Positions 1-8,422 of a stretch of 64,000 nucleotides of DNA are shown here, piece by piece. Source of the DNA: Myxococcota bacterium. GTDB taxonomy: Bacteria; Myxococcota_A; Polyangia; Fen-1088. The DNA lies in NCBI GenBank assembly GCA_025934105.1, contig JAICYS010000002.1:2239-66238 (forward strand), in the 5' to 3' direction. The position numbers and the translations under genes are program-made. The notes under the pieces were generated by a model that was given only the letters and a program-made list of their open reading frames with translations, had not been told where the DNA came from and ran no database searches. The first letter of the stretch is position 1. Each line of letters opens with the position of its first letter.

Positions 1-901
1 CCGCAAGGTACAGGCGGTCGCCGATCGCCAGGCGCGCGCCCGCGCTTGCCGCCAGCAAGAACGACCAGGTGTCGGCCGAATGCGCCTGGAGCGGCGCGCT
101 CGCGTCCCCGTCGGCCACCGTGTGCAGCGCGCCGGCCGCCAGCGCCAGCGTCGGGCGCAGGCGGCCGCCCGGACCGCCGCAGGCGCACGCGCCGACCAGG
201 GCATATTGCTGGGAGACGCGGGCGCTGCCCCCGGCGGCGCCGACGGCCGGCCGGGTGCCGAAGCCGGCCAGTTCGGCCTGGACGCCCAGCCGCGAGAACG
301 CGGCCCAGCGCAGCCGCACGATCGGCAGGACCGCCGGGCCGACGCCGTCCAGGCTGGTCAGCAGGCCCGCCCCCACCTCGATGGCCAGCCGTCCGGGCCG
401 GGCGACCGCCGTCACCCCCGGCACCGCCGGCCCGGCGGCCGGCGGCACGTCCGGCCGGGCCTCGACCAGGTGATTCTCGATGAGGATCGAGCGCAGCACG
501 TCGATCGACCGGATGGACAGTCGCTGGCTGGCGTTCTCGGCGCGCGGGTCGACCGCCACCCGCGCCACCGACGGCCGGTTCGACTGCCGATCGAACACCC
601 AGATGTCGACCGCCCAGGGCGGGTCGCCGACGACGTCCAGGATGACGTCCATCGCCTGCCGGCGCGCGAGCTGTTCCAGCCCGGCCCGCGCGCTGGCGCC
701 GTCCGGCTCTCGAACCGCGCCGGGCGCCGCGAACGCCACCTCCAGCCCGACCGACAGCAGCTCGCCCTGCAAGCGCGACACGATCTCCGTCGACGCCGGC
801 GACGCCCCTGGCGGCCGCACGATGCCCACCCGGGCGGCTCTGGCCTGTGCGGTCCCCAGCGCCATCACGGCCACCAGCACCAGCGCGCGTCGCCGACCCA
901 C
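1..901 (-). CDS. Hypothetical exported protein (start inside window, 3' end runs off the window start)
   Basis: Not in the ORF track because there is no stop inside the window. My reverse-complement translation from GTG at 901..899 gives (V)GRRRALVLVAVMALGTAQA, which looks like a signal peptide. It is followed by a non-repetitive, GC3-rich frame open to position 1 (...EIVSRLQGELLSVGLEVAFAAPG...SIRSIDVLRSILIENHLVEA...). The gene starts 10 nt after the stop of the FecR-like gene. Confidence 0.5.
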   Translation of the reverse strand, partial: MGRRRALVLVAVMALGTAQARAARVGIVRPPGASPASTEIVSRLQGELLSVGLEVAFAAPGAVREPDGASARAGLEQLARRQAMDVILDVVGDPPWAVDIWVFDRQSNRPSVARVAVDPRAENASQRLSIRSIDVLRSILIENHLVEARPDVPPAAGPAVPGVTAVARPGRLAIEVGAGLLTSLDGVGPAVLPIVRLRWAAFSRLGVQAELAGFGTRPAVGAAGGSARVSQQYALVGACACGGPGGRLRPTLALAAGALHTVADGDASAPLQAHSADTWSFLLAASAGARLAIGDRLYLA

Positions 902-910
902 GCCCGCAGC

Positions 911-2185
911 CTACGGCAGGTGCGCCAGCGCGCGCGCCGTTCCGGCGTAGCTGCCGTCGGGGAATTGCCGCAGGTACTGCTCGGCGATGGGCCGCGCCGC
1001 CGCGGCGCCGCCGCTCTGGCTGGCCAGCACCATCTTGCGCCCCAGGGCTTCCGCCGCGTACGCGCCGCGCGGCGCGGCGGCCAGGTAGTCGTCGTAAAGC
1101 GCGACGGCCCGCGCGGTGCCCCCGCTGCGCAGCTCCTCGACCCGGCCCAGCAGGAACAGCGCGTCCTGCGAGCGCGACGAGCCGGGAAACCGCCGCCGCT
1201 GCGCCAGCAGCGCGGCCCGCGCCACGTCCACGCGCCGCCGGTAGCGGGCCGCGTCGGCCAGCGCGAACAGGTCCTCGCTGGGGACCGCCTCGACGGTCTC
1301 GTCCAGGCCCCGGCGGTCGGCCTCCGCCAGGATCCGGTCCCATTGCCCTTCCGCCAGCAGGGCCGGCCAGCGGCGCGCGCCCGAGGGCAGGGGGGCGCCC
1401 GCCGGTGCGCGGCGCGTCTCCCGCCGCGCCGGCGGTGGGGCGGCCGAGGCGGGCGGGGGCTCGCCCGGCTGCGCTTGGCTCTCCTCGGTGATGACGCTCT
1501 CGGCCCGCGGCAACCGGACCACCAGGTGCTGCCCGGCGTGCAGCGACAGCTCCGCGCCGACGATCGGTCCGCTCACCGTGACGTGCCCGCGGCGCAACAC
1601 CAGGTCGAAGCGCTCCTCGTGCGGATCCCAGGTCACGTCGAAGATCGTCCCCCTCACCGTCACCAGAAACGGCCCCGCCTCGACCGACCAGTGGCGGGCC
1701 GGGTTCTGCGTGACCCGGAACGAGGCGGCGCCGCTCTCGATGTCCAGATGCGCGCCGTTGCGGCCCACCTCGCGCAACCGCCCGCGCGTCTGAGGCTGCA
1801 GCAGGAACTCCGTCCCTTCGTTGAACAGCAGCCGGATCGCCGCGTGCCGCGACGCCGACAGGTAGCCGCCGTCCAGCAGGACTCCGCCCTCGACGCGGGC
1901 CACGGCCACCGGCGCCAGGTCCGCCTGGGTCCGGGTCCAGATCGCCGGCAGGAAGCGCCAGCCGGCGATCACCAGCAGCCCCGCCGCCGCGCCCGCCCAG
2001 AGCCAGCGGCCCGCCCGACGCGCACCTCGCCGGCCGTCGATCCGCGACCGCAGCGCCGCCAGCCCCCCCGCCAGGTCGGCCGGGGTGGGCGGCGCGGCCG
2101 CGTCGCGCGCCATCTCGGCCAGCGCCGCGACGGCCGGATGCGGCGCCGGCTGGCCCGAGGAGGAGGACCCCTTCACCTTCGCCAT
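911..2185 (-). CDS. FecR-family anti-sigma factor with C-terminal TPR-like region
   Basis: Same frame as tracked ORF 911..2683, with the start moved to ATG 2185 (MAKVKGSS...). That start overlaps the stop of the upstream ECF sigma gene by 13 nt. The tracked N-terminal extension is Arg/Pro/Ala junk. There is one TM-like segment (WLWAGAAAGLLVIAGW), then a FecR-like beta-rich part (FRVTQNPARHWSVEAGPFLVTVRGTIFDV). Confidence 0.7.
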   Translation of the reverse strand: MAKVKGSSSSGQPAPHPAVAALAEMARDAAAPPTPADLAGGLAALRSRIDGRRGARRAGRWLWAGAAAGLLVIAGWRFLPAIWTRTQADLAPVAVARVEGGVLLDGGYLSASRHAAIRLLFNEGTEFLLQPQTRGRLREVGRNGAHLDIESGAASFRVTQNPARHWSVEAGPFLVTVRGTIFDVTWDPHEERFDLVLRRGHVTVSGPIVGAELSLHAGQHLVVRLPRAESVITEESQAQPGEPPPASAAPPPARRETRRAPAGAPLPSGARRWPALLAEGQWDRILAEADRRGLDETVEAVPSEDLFALADAARYRRRVDVARAALLAQRRRFPGSSRSQDALFLLGRVEELRSGGTARAVALYDDYLAAAPRGAYAAEALGRKMVLASQSGGAAAARPIAEQYLRQFPDGSYAGTARALAHLP

Positions 2186-2805
2186 GACGACCCCCTCAGG
2201 ATGCTCAGCAAGCCGGGATCGGCCTCGACCCAGCGCGACAGGCGGTCGCAGGCGTGCGCCATCGATCGCTTGACCGTCGAGGTCGAGATCCCGACCGTCG
2301 CCGCGATCTCTTCGACCGTCATGGCCTCCATCTGGCGCAGGACGAAGACGATCCGGTCGCGCGGCTTCAGCCGGTCGAGCAGGGCGTTGAACCGCCGCAG
2401 CAGCTCGCGCGATTCGAGGTCGGCGGATTGCCCGTCCGCGGCGGATTCGGCCGCCGACGGGCCCAGGTGCAGCCAGCGACGCCGCTTGCGGCGGCGCAGC
2501 TCCGATCGCAGCAGGCGCACGGCGAACGAATACACGAACGCGCGCAGCCGCTCGGGCTCGCGCAGCGTCGGCGCCTTGCGGAAGACCTGATAGAAGACCT
2601 CCTGGGCCAGGTCCTCGGCTTCGGTTTTCGAGCCGAGGGCGCGCTCGCCGAGGCCGAGGACCATGGGCGCGAACCGGTGCCACGCCTCGCCCACCGCCCA
2701 GTCGTGGCCGGCCGCCAGCCCGCGCGCCAGGTCGTGGTCGTCGAGGACCCGGCGGGGGCCGTCGACCACCAGCGAGAGCGGCGCGCGGGAGCGGTGCGTC
2801 GTCAT
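2173..2805 (-). CDS. ECF-type RNA polymerase sigma-70 family factor
   Basis: ORF 2173..2805 (210 aa). It has a region-2-like EDLAQEVFYQVFRK and a region-4 HTH (MTVEEIAATVGISTSTVKRSMAHA). It is directly followed by an overlapping FecR-like gene, the classic sigma/anti-sigma pair. Confidence 0.85.
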   Translation of the reverse strand: MTTHRSRAPLSLVVDGPRRVLDDHDLARGLAAGHDWAVGEAWHRFAPMVLGLGERALGSKTEAEDLAQEVFYQVFRKAPTLREPERLRAFVYSFAVRLLRSELRRRKRRRWLHLGPSAAESAADGQSADLESRELLRRFNALLDRLKPRDRIVFVLRQMEAMTVEEIAATVGISTSTVKRSMAHACDRLSRWVEADPGLLSILRGSSWRR

Positions 2806-2824
2806 GGCACGAAGCGGCCAGAGC

Positions 2825-4060
2825 CTACTGGATGTTCATCGATTTGACTTCCCAGGCGCTGTTCGAGCAGTACGAGCAGCCGGCGCCCACCAGGAGGCCC
2901 TTGCCGGTGGCCGTGGTGTCCCCTTTGAGCTGCCAGTTGAGCCAGGCGAGGTCGATCTTGGTGAAGTCGCCGCCGTGGCTGCTGAAGAGATCGCCTCCGT
3001 GGCCCAGGTCCTTGCTGAACAGCATGATGGGGATGCCGTTCGCCGAGATGGTCTGATAGTCGCGCTCGCCGTTCTGGTAGGCGATGTCGCTGGAGCCGCC
3101 GAGGACGATCAGCACGGGGGTGTGCACCTTCTTCAGGTAGGCGTCGTTCGCGCTCAGCAGGCCGCTGCTGTTCAGACCCCAGGTCGTGATCCGCGAGTCC
3201 GGCGCCGTCCCCTCGGCCATGAGGCCGCCGCAGGAGAAGCCGTTGGTGGCGACCTTGGTCGTGTCCAGCGCCTGGTAGTAGGCGCTGCACGGCTTGTCGT
3301 TCTCGGCGATCGCCCAGGCGATGTACGCGAGCAGCGGCGCGCCCATCGAGCCCGGGTCGGAGCTGTTCATCGATCGCGAGCTGGCGCCGTTGGGCGTTCC
3401 GTCGGCGATGACGAAGTACCCGTGCGACGCGATCTCGGCCATCGCCGCCGAGTTGGAGAGGCCGTTCTCCGAGCATCCACCCTCGCCCCAGGCGAAGATC
3501 GGATATTTCTCGCTGCCGCCGAGGTCGCTGGGACGGAAGATCGTCCCCTGGTTGATGCCCGAGCCCGAATTGGTCTCGACCGTCACCTTGTGCGGGCCGG
3601 TCCCGGAGACGTTGCTGTTCGCATTCTTCGAGGCGGTGCAGGTTCCGGTCCCGCCGCCCTGGCCGGTGCTGCTGCCGCCCGTGCCGGGGTTACCGCCCGA
3701 GGCTTGGCCGCCGCTGCCGAGCGCGCCGTGCCCGGCCATGCCGCCGAGACCGCTTCGGCCGGCCTCGCCCGACGCGCCGACCGCGCCGCCGCTGCCGCCC
3801 GTGGACGTCGAGCCGCCGGCGCCGGTGGTGGGCGAGCCGCCCGACCCGCCGGTGGTGGCGCCCCCGGAGCCGGTCGTGCCGCCCGAGCCGCCGGAGTGCC
3901 CGCCCGAGGCGCTGGTTCCGCCGGTGTTCGTGAAGCCGCCCGTCCCCGAGCCGCCGGTCCCCGAGCCCCCGGTTCCGCCCCCGCCCGAGTCTGAAGAGCC
4001 ACAGCCGGAACCTAGCGACACGCAGCAAAGCAGAATCAAAGTCGACCAAACCGTCTTCAT
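2825..4060 (-). CDS. Lipoprotein with long Gly/Ser/Thr linker and alpha/beta-hydrolase-like (esterase-like) domain
   Basis: Tracked ORF 2825..4093, with the start moved to ATG 4060 (MKTVWSTLILLCCVSLGSGC, signal peptide plus lipobox Cys). A ~120 aa low-complexity G/S/T linker is followed by a globular domain with a GxSxG-type elbow (NGFSCGG) and a later HGG. The subfamily is not resolved. Confidence 0.7.
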   Translation of the reverse strand: MKTVWSTLILLCCVSLGSGCGSSDSGGGGTGGSGTGGSGTGGFTNTGGTSASGGHSGGSGGTTGSGGATTGGSGGSPTTGAGGSTSTGGSGGAVGASGEAGRSGLGGMAGHGALGSGGQASGGNPGTGGSSTGQGGGTGTCTASKNANSNVSGTGPHKVTVETNSGSGINQGTIFRPSDLGGSEKYPIFAWGEGGCSENGLSNSAAMAEIASHGYFVIADGTPNGASSRSMNSSDPGSMGAPLLAYIAWAIAENDKPCSAYYQALDTTKVATNGFSCGGLMAEGTAPDSRITTWGLNSSGLLSANDAYLKKVHTPVLIVLGGSSDIAYQNGERDYQTISANGIPIMLFSKDLGHGGDLFSSHGGDFTKIDLAWLNWQLKGDTTATGKGLLVGAGCSYCSNSAWEVKSMNIQ

Positions 4061-4195
4061 GGGGCCACTCCTGGGTTGGGCTGGGGATGCCATCGTTCGT
4101 TGTCGGGGCGCAGTGGCCGCCCCTGCCGGAAATGGTCCAAAAAAGTGCGCCGACCCCCGGCGCCGCCGGGCGAAGACGCGCTAGATTGCGCCGCG

Positions 4196-5329
4196 ATGTT
4201 CCGTTTCTTCGTCACCTGCGCGCGCGGCACCGAGGGGGCGCTTCGGCGCGAGCTGGCCGCCATGCGGATCGCGGGCGCGAAGGGGGATCGCGGCGGGGTC
4301 TGGTTCGACGGGCCGCTGGAGATGGGGATGGACGTCTGCCTGCGGGCGCGTACCGCCGTCCGCGTGCTGATGCAGCTTGCCGAGATCGAGGCCGGCGACG
4401 GGGACAGCCTCTACGCCGCCGCGCGGCGCATCCCGTGGCGCGACTGGATCACGGTGCAGAGCACCTTCGCCGTTTTTGCGAACGTCAAGGACACGCCCGG
4501 GCTGACACACTCGGGGTTCGCGGCGTTGAAGGTGAAGGACGCGGTGGCCGACGCGCTGCGGGACGCCCTGGGCGCCCGGCCCGACGTCGACGCGAAGTCG
4601 CCCGAGGTCTCGATCGCGTTGCACCTGGCCGGCGGCCGCGGCGGTCTGTTCCTGGACCTGGCCGGCGAGGCCCTGCACCGGCGCGGAACGCGCGTGGCGA
4701 TGGTCGAGGCGCCCCTCAAAGAGACGCTGGCGGCGGCGGTGCTGATGCTGGGCGGCGCGCAGCCCGAGCTGCCGTTCATCGACCCGATGTGCGGCTCGGG
4801 GACGCTGGCCATCGAGCACGCGCTGGCGACCCGGGGGATCGCCTCGGGCATCCGGCGCCGCTTCGGGTTCGAACGATGGCCGACGCTGTCGGCCGAGGCG
4901 CGCGCCGCCTGGGGCCGCCTGCGCGAGCGCGAGGACGAAGCCGCCGCGCGCGCCATGACCGGCGACTGGCCGCCGGTGGTCTGCGCGGACGTGGACACCG
5001 GTGCGTTGACGGCCGCCCGCCAGAACGCGGCCGCGGCGGGGATGGACGACGCGATCACGTTCGAGCGCGCCGACGTGACGGCGCTCGAGCGCCGCTGGCC
5101 GGCCGCCACGCTGGCCACCAACCCGCCGTACGGCGAACGGCTGAACCCGGCGGCGCTGGACGCGATCTACCGCGGCATCGGGCGCACCTTCGAGCGGCTG
5201 ACCGGATGGCGCGCCATCGTCCTGTCCGGCAACCCGGCGCTGGCCCAGGCCATCCGCCGCAAGCCGGCCGTGTCGCACCGACTGTGGAACGGCCCGCTCG
5301 AGGCGCGGCTGCTCCGCTACGACCTGTGA
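4196..5329 (+). CDS. THUMP-domain class I SAM-dependent RNA methyltransferase (RlmL/RlmK-N-like)
   Basis: Tracked ORF 4076..5329, with the start moved to ATG 4196 (MFRFFVTCARGTEG). It has a SAM-binding DPMCGSGT and a catalytic NPPYG motif. The THUMP-like N-terminal half includes VFANVKDTPGLTHSGFAALKVKDAV. Confidence 0.8.
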   Translation: MFRFFVTCARGTEGALRRELAAMRIAGAKGDRGGVWFDGPLEMGMDVCLRARTAVRVLMQLAEIEAGDGDSLYAAARRIPWRDWITVQSTFAVFANVKDTPGLTHSGFAALKVKDAVADALRDALGARPDVDAKSPEVSIALHLAGGRGGLFLDLAGEALHRRGTRVAMVEAPLKETLAAAVLMLGGAQPELPFIDPMCGSGTLAIEHALATRGIASGIRRRFGFERWPTLSAEARAAWGRLREREDEAAARAMTGDWPPVVCADVDTGALTAARQNAAAAGMDDAITFERADVTALERRWPAATLATNPPYGERLNPAALDAIYRGIGRTFERLTGWRAIVLSGNPALAQAIRRKPAVSHRLWNGPLEARLLRYDL

Positions 5330-5366
5330 CCGCTCGAGGCGCGGCTGCTCCGCTACGACCTGTGAC
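5295..5366. repeat. Perfect 36-bp tandem duplication (2 copies) spanning the stop codon of the methyltransferase gene
   Basis: cgctcgaggcgcggctgctccgctacgacctgtgac occurs at 5295..5330 and again, identical, at 5331..5366. Copy 1 holds the last 11 codons plus the TGA of the 4196..5329 gene. Confidence 0.95.
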
Positions 5367-5386
5367 CCCGTGGTAAGAGAGCGGGG

Positions 5387-5815
5387 ATGACCCGCGCCGA
5401 TCTGGTGCCCCTCTTGCGCGAGTACCGGCTGGCGGTGGTGTCGACCGTCGGCCCCGACGGGGCGCCGCAGTCGGCGGTGGTCGGGTGCGCGATCACCGAC
5501 GGGCTGGAGATCGTGTTCGACACGCTGGAGGAGACGCGCAAGGCGCGCAACCTGCGGCGCGATCCGCGGGCGTCGGTGGTGGTCGGCTGGGACCGCCAGA
5601 TGACGGCCCAGATCGACGGCGTCGCCGATTTCCCGACGGGGGCCGAGCTGCAGCGCATCCGCGAGGCCTACTTTCAGGCCTACCCCGACGGACGCGACCG
5701 GCTGGCCTGGCCGGGCCTCACGCACGCCCGCGTCCGGCCGCGCTGGATCCGCTGGAGCGACTTCACGCGCCAGCCGCCGTTCGTCTTCGAGTGCGAGGCA
5801 GACGAGCCGAGATGA
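5387..5815 (+). CDS. Pyridoxamine 5'-phosphate oxidase-like FMN-binding split-barrel protein
   Basis: ORF 5387..5815 (142 aa). LAVVSTVGPDGAPQSAVV...ARNLRRDPRASVVV resembles the PNPOx-like family. The stop overlaps the lnt start (ATGA). Confidence 0.7.
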   Translation: MTRADLVPLLREYRLAVVSTVGPDGAPQSAVVGCAITDGLEIVFDTLEETRKARNLRRDPRASVVVGWDRQMTAQIDGVADFPTGAELQRIREAYFQAYPDGRDRLAWPGLTHARVRPRWIRWSDFTRQPPFVFECEADEPR

Positions 5816-7392
5816 GCGCGCGCCGGGCCATCGCCCTTCGGCTGGGGCTTTCGGTCCTGTCCGGGGTCCTGCTGTTCCTGTCGGTGCCCGGGTTCGGGCT
5901 CTGGCCGCTGATGTTCGGGGCGATGGTTCCGCAGCTCTGGGTGGCGCGCCGGGCGGCCACGCCCCGCCGCGCCTTCTGGCACGGCTGGCTGACCGGCACC
6001 ATCGCGAACGCCGGCGGCTTTTACTGGATGGACGGCCTCCTCGAACGCTTCGGGCACATGCCCGCCGTCGAGGCGCTGCCCATCATGCTGCTGCTGGTCG
6101 CGTACCAGGGCTTGGCGTTCGGCGCGTTTTCGTGGCTGGTCCGGCGCCTCGTCGATCGAACCGCGCGGCCGCTGGTGCTGCTGGCGCCCCTGGTCATGGT
6201 CGCCGTCGAGCTGCTGCTCCCCCAGATCTTTCCCTATTACCTGGCCATCGCGGTGGCGTTCGTGCCGCGTCTCATCCAGGTGGCCGATCTGACCGGACCG
6301 CTGGGCGTGACGGCGCTGCTGCTGGTCTGCAACGGCGCGCTGGCCGATCTGGCCGAGGATCGCGGCGCCTGGCGTGGGCTGGCCGTCGCCGCGGTCCTGC
6401 TGGTCGTCGATCTCGGCTACGGCACCGCCCGCCTGCACCAGGCCGACGCGCGCCGGGCGGCCGCGGTCAAGGTCCGCACCGGGCTGGTCCAGGCCAACGT
6501 CGGCATTCTCGAGAAGTGGGATCCGGCCGAGTTCGCGCGGCTCCTGCAGCTTCATCAAGATGCCTCCGCCGACCTGGCGCGCCAGGGCGCCCAGCTGGTG
6601 GTGTGGCCCGAGTCGTCCTACCCGTACGCGCTGCCGCGCGACTTCGCGCGGGATTTTCCCGTCGACGACGGGCGCCGGATCCGGCGCGGCTTCGACACGC
6701 CGCTGCTGTTCGGTGCGGTCACGGTCGGCCCGCGCGGCGCCCGCCGCGGCCCCGACAAGTACCCGTACAACACGGCGCTGATGATGGACGCCGCCGGGAA
6801 CATCACCGGAAAGTTCGACAAAGTGTTCCTGATGCTGTTCGGGGAATACATCCCGTTTTACGACAGCATCCCCTGGTTCACGGAGATCTTCCCCGAGGCG
6901 TCCAACTTCAACCGCGGCACCGACCCGGCGTCGTTCCCGCTTCACACGGCCGGCGGCGACTTCAAGCTGGGCCCGCTCATCTGCTACGAGGACATCCTGC
7001 CCGGCTGGGCGCGGAAGGTGGCGCGCCTCGGCCCCAATGCGTTCGTGAACATCACCAACGACGCCTGGTTCGGGCGCACCGCCGAGCCCCACCAGCACCT
7101 GGCCCTGGCGGTGTTCCGCGCGGTCGAGCACCGGCTGGAGATGGTCCGCGCCGTCAACACCGGCGTCAGCGCGCACATCGACTCGGCGGGCCGGGTGCTG
7201 GCCGAAACCCAGTCGGTCGATCCCGCCGAGGAGCCGCAGGCACCGCCCAAGACGCTGCTGGTCGATCTGGCGATGCTGCCCGGGGGCGGCGCCTACCGGG
7301 CCGTCGGCGATCTGTTCGGGTTTCTCTGCGTGGCGGCGCTGGCGGTGCTGTGGCTGCGCGCGCCTCAGGGGCGGCGCAAGAAGAACAGGTAA
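5812..7392 (+). CDS. lnt: Apolipoprotein N-acyltransferase
   Basis: Same frame as tracked ORF 5485..7392, with the start at ATG 5812 (MSARRAIALRLGLSVLSGVLLFLSVPGFGLWPL). It has a polytopic N-terminal half and a C-terminal CN-hydrolase domain with WPESS (Glu), KVFLMLFGEYIP (Lys) and LICYEDI (Cys). Confidence 0.9.
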   Translation: MSARRAIALRLGLSVLSGVLLFLSVPGFGLWPLMFGAMVPQLWVARRAATPRRAFWHGWLTGTIANAGGFYWMDGLLERFGHMPAVEALPIMLLLVAYQGLAFGAFSWLVRRLVDRTARPLVLLAPLVMVAVELLLPQIFPYYLAIAVAFVPRLIQVADLTGPLGVTALLLVCNGALADLAEDRGAWRGLAVAAVLLVVDLGYGTARLHQADARRAAAVKVRTGLVQANVGILEKWDPAEFARLLQLHQDASADLARQGAQLVVWPESSYPYALPRDFARDFPVDDGRRIRRGFDTPLLFGAVTVGPRGARRGPDKYPYNTALMMDAAGNITGKFDKVFLMLFGEYIPFYDSIPWFTEIFPEASNFNRGTDPASFPLHTAGGDFKLGPLICYEDILPGWARKVARLGPNAFVNITNDAWFGRTAEPHQHLALAVFRAVEHRLEMVRAVNTGVSAHIDSAGRVLAETQSVDPAEEPQAPPKTLLVDLAMLPGGGAYRAVGDLFGFLCVAALAVLWLRAPQGRRKKNR

Positions 7393-8414
7393 TTGAACTG
7401 CTGGCGCTCGCGCTTGAAGGCCGGGAACTTGGCCTCCTTGGCGATCTCCAGCGCGCAGGCCCCGGTGGGGGTGCCGGCGAACGTGGCGCCGACCTGCACC
7501 GATTGGACGGTGCCGTTGCCGCCCACCACGTAGTTCAGCACCAGCGCGCCCGGCACGTGGAACTTTTGGAAGCAGGCGTAGAGCCGCGGCCGGATCGACT
7601 CCATCACCTGGTTGATGCCCGCCTTCGAGAGCTGCTCGGGGCGCACGTCGTCGCGCGGCGGCTCGTCGGCCAGCGCCGCCTTGGCGCCGGCCACGCAGGC
7701 GGCGTCCAGCTTGCCGGGGGTCGGCCGGTCCGCGAACCCCGTCGACGGCGGCTTCGAGATCAGGATCTCGCCGTTGCAGCGGTTGTAAATGCGCGCGCCC
7801 ACCAGCTTGAGCGCGATGCCAGGCGCCATCCCGACGGTGTAGTCGGCGCCGGTCGGCTGCGGCTGAAACAGGAACTCGGCCTTGAGAAACGGGCGCTCGG
7901 TCTCGGCCCACTTCTTGGCGGCCTCGAAATCGTCGAAGGCCACCGTGCTCTTCGAGACGGTCACGCCGGCGGCCAGGCTGGGCGCGCCTTTGTCGGGCGC
8001 GTTCAGCGTCACGAAGCGCGGCTCGTGCTGGGGGCCGATCGGCAGCGGATCCGTGCAGGCGATGCAACCGGCCAGCACGACGTGATAGCCCTTCACCGAC
8101 GCGTCGTAGCCCGAGACCTCGATGGCGGCGGGATCGCTGCTGGTCACGACGAAGGTTTGCTGGGGGAGCTGCCGGCGCAAAAACGCGGTCGTCGCGCGGC
8201 AGCGCGCGCGGTCCAGCTCGCGCATGTCGCCGCCGCAGGACTCGACGAAGGGCGCCAGCAGCGTGGCCACGTCGGGCGCCGGGACCGCGCCCCGCGCCCG
8301 CGTCTCGAAGCTGTCGGCGGTGGCCGAGGCCGGGCTGGGTTGGGCGGCGCGCGCCGCCGCCCCGGGCGCCAGCACGGTCAGCAGCAAAGTCCCGATCGCC
8401 CCAAGCTTGCGCAT
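7365..8414 (-). CDS. Secreted protein with AgmX/PglI-type (TonB-C-like) C-terminal domain
   Basis: Same frame as tracked ORF 7365..9560, with the start at ATG 8414 (MRKLGAIGTLLLTVLAPGAAARA, signal peptide). The C-terminus (GINQVMESIRPRLYACFQKF...VVGGNGTVQSVQV...CALEIAKEAKFPAF) resembles the AgmX/PglI C-terminal domain typical of myxobacteria. The rest of the tracked ORF is junk. Confidence 0.7.
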   Translation of the reverse strand: MRKLGAIGTLLLTVLAPGAAARAAQPSPASATADSFETRARGAVPAPDVATLLAPFVESCGGDMRELDRARCRATTAFLRRQLPQQTFVVTSSDPAAIEVSGYDASVKGYHVVLAGCIACTDPLPIGPQHEPRFVTLNAPDKGAPSLAAGVTVSKSTVAFDDFEAAKKWAETERPFLKAEFLFQPQPTGADYTVGMAPGIALKLVGARIYNRCNGEILISKPPSTGFADRPTPGKLDAACVAGAKAALADEPPRDDVRPEQLSKAGINQVMESIRPRLYACFQKFHVPGALVLNYVVGGNGTVQSVQVGATFAGTPTGACALEIAKEAKFPAFKRERQQFNYLFFLRRP

Positions 8415-8422
8415 CGGCCGGA

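Noticed and set aside
80-2590. 836 aa ORF on the + strand, and similar giants: 5680..8067 (-), 6132..8432 (+), 10549..12363 (-), 26418..28628 (+), 49577..51421 (-).
   Set aside because: Their translations are dominated by Arg/Pro/Gly/Ala with no recognisable motifs. They lie antisense or out of frame to ORFs with clear family signatures. These are the typical shadow ORFs of very GC-rich DNA.
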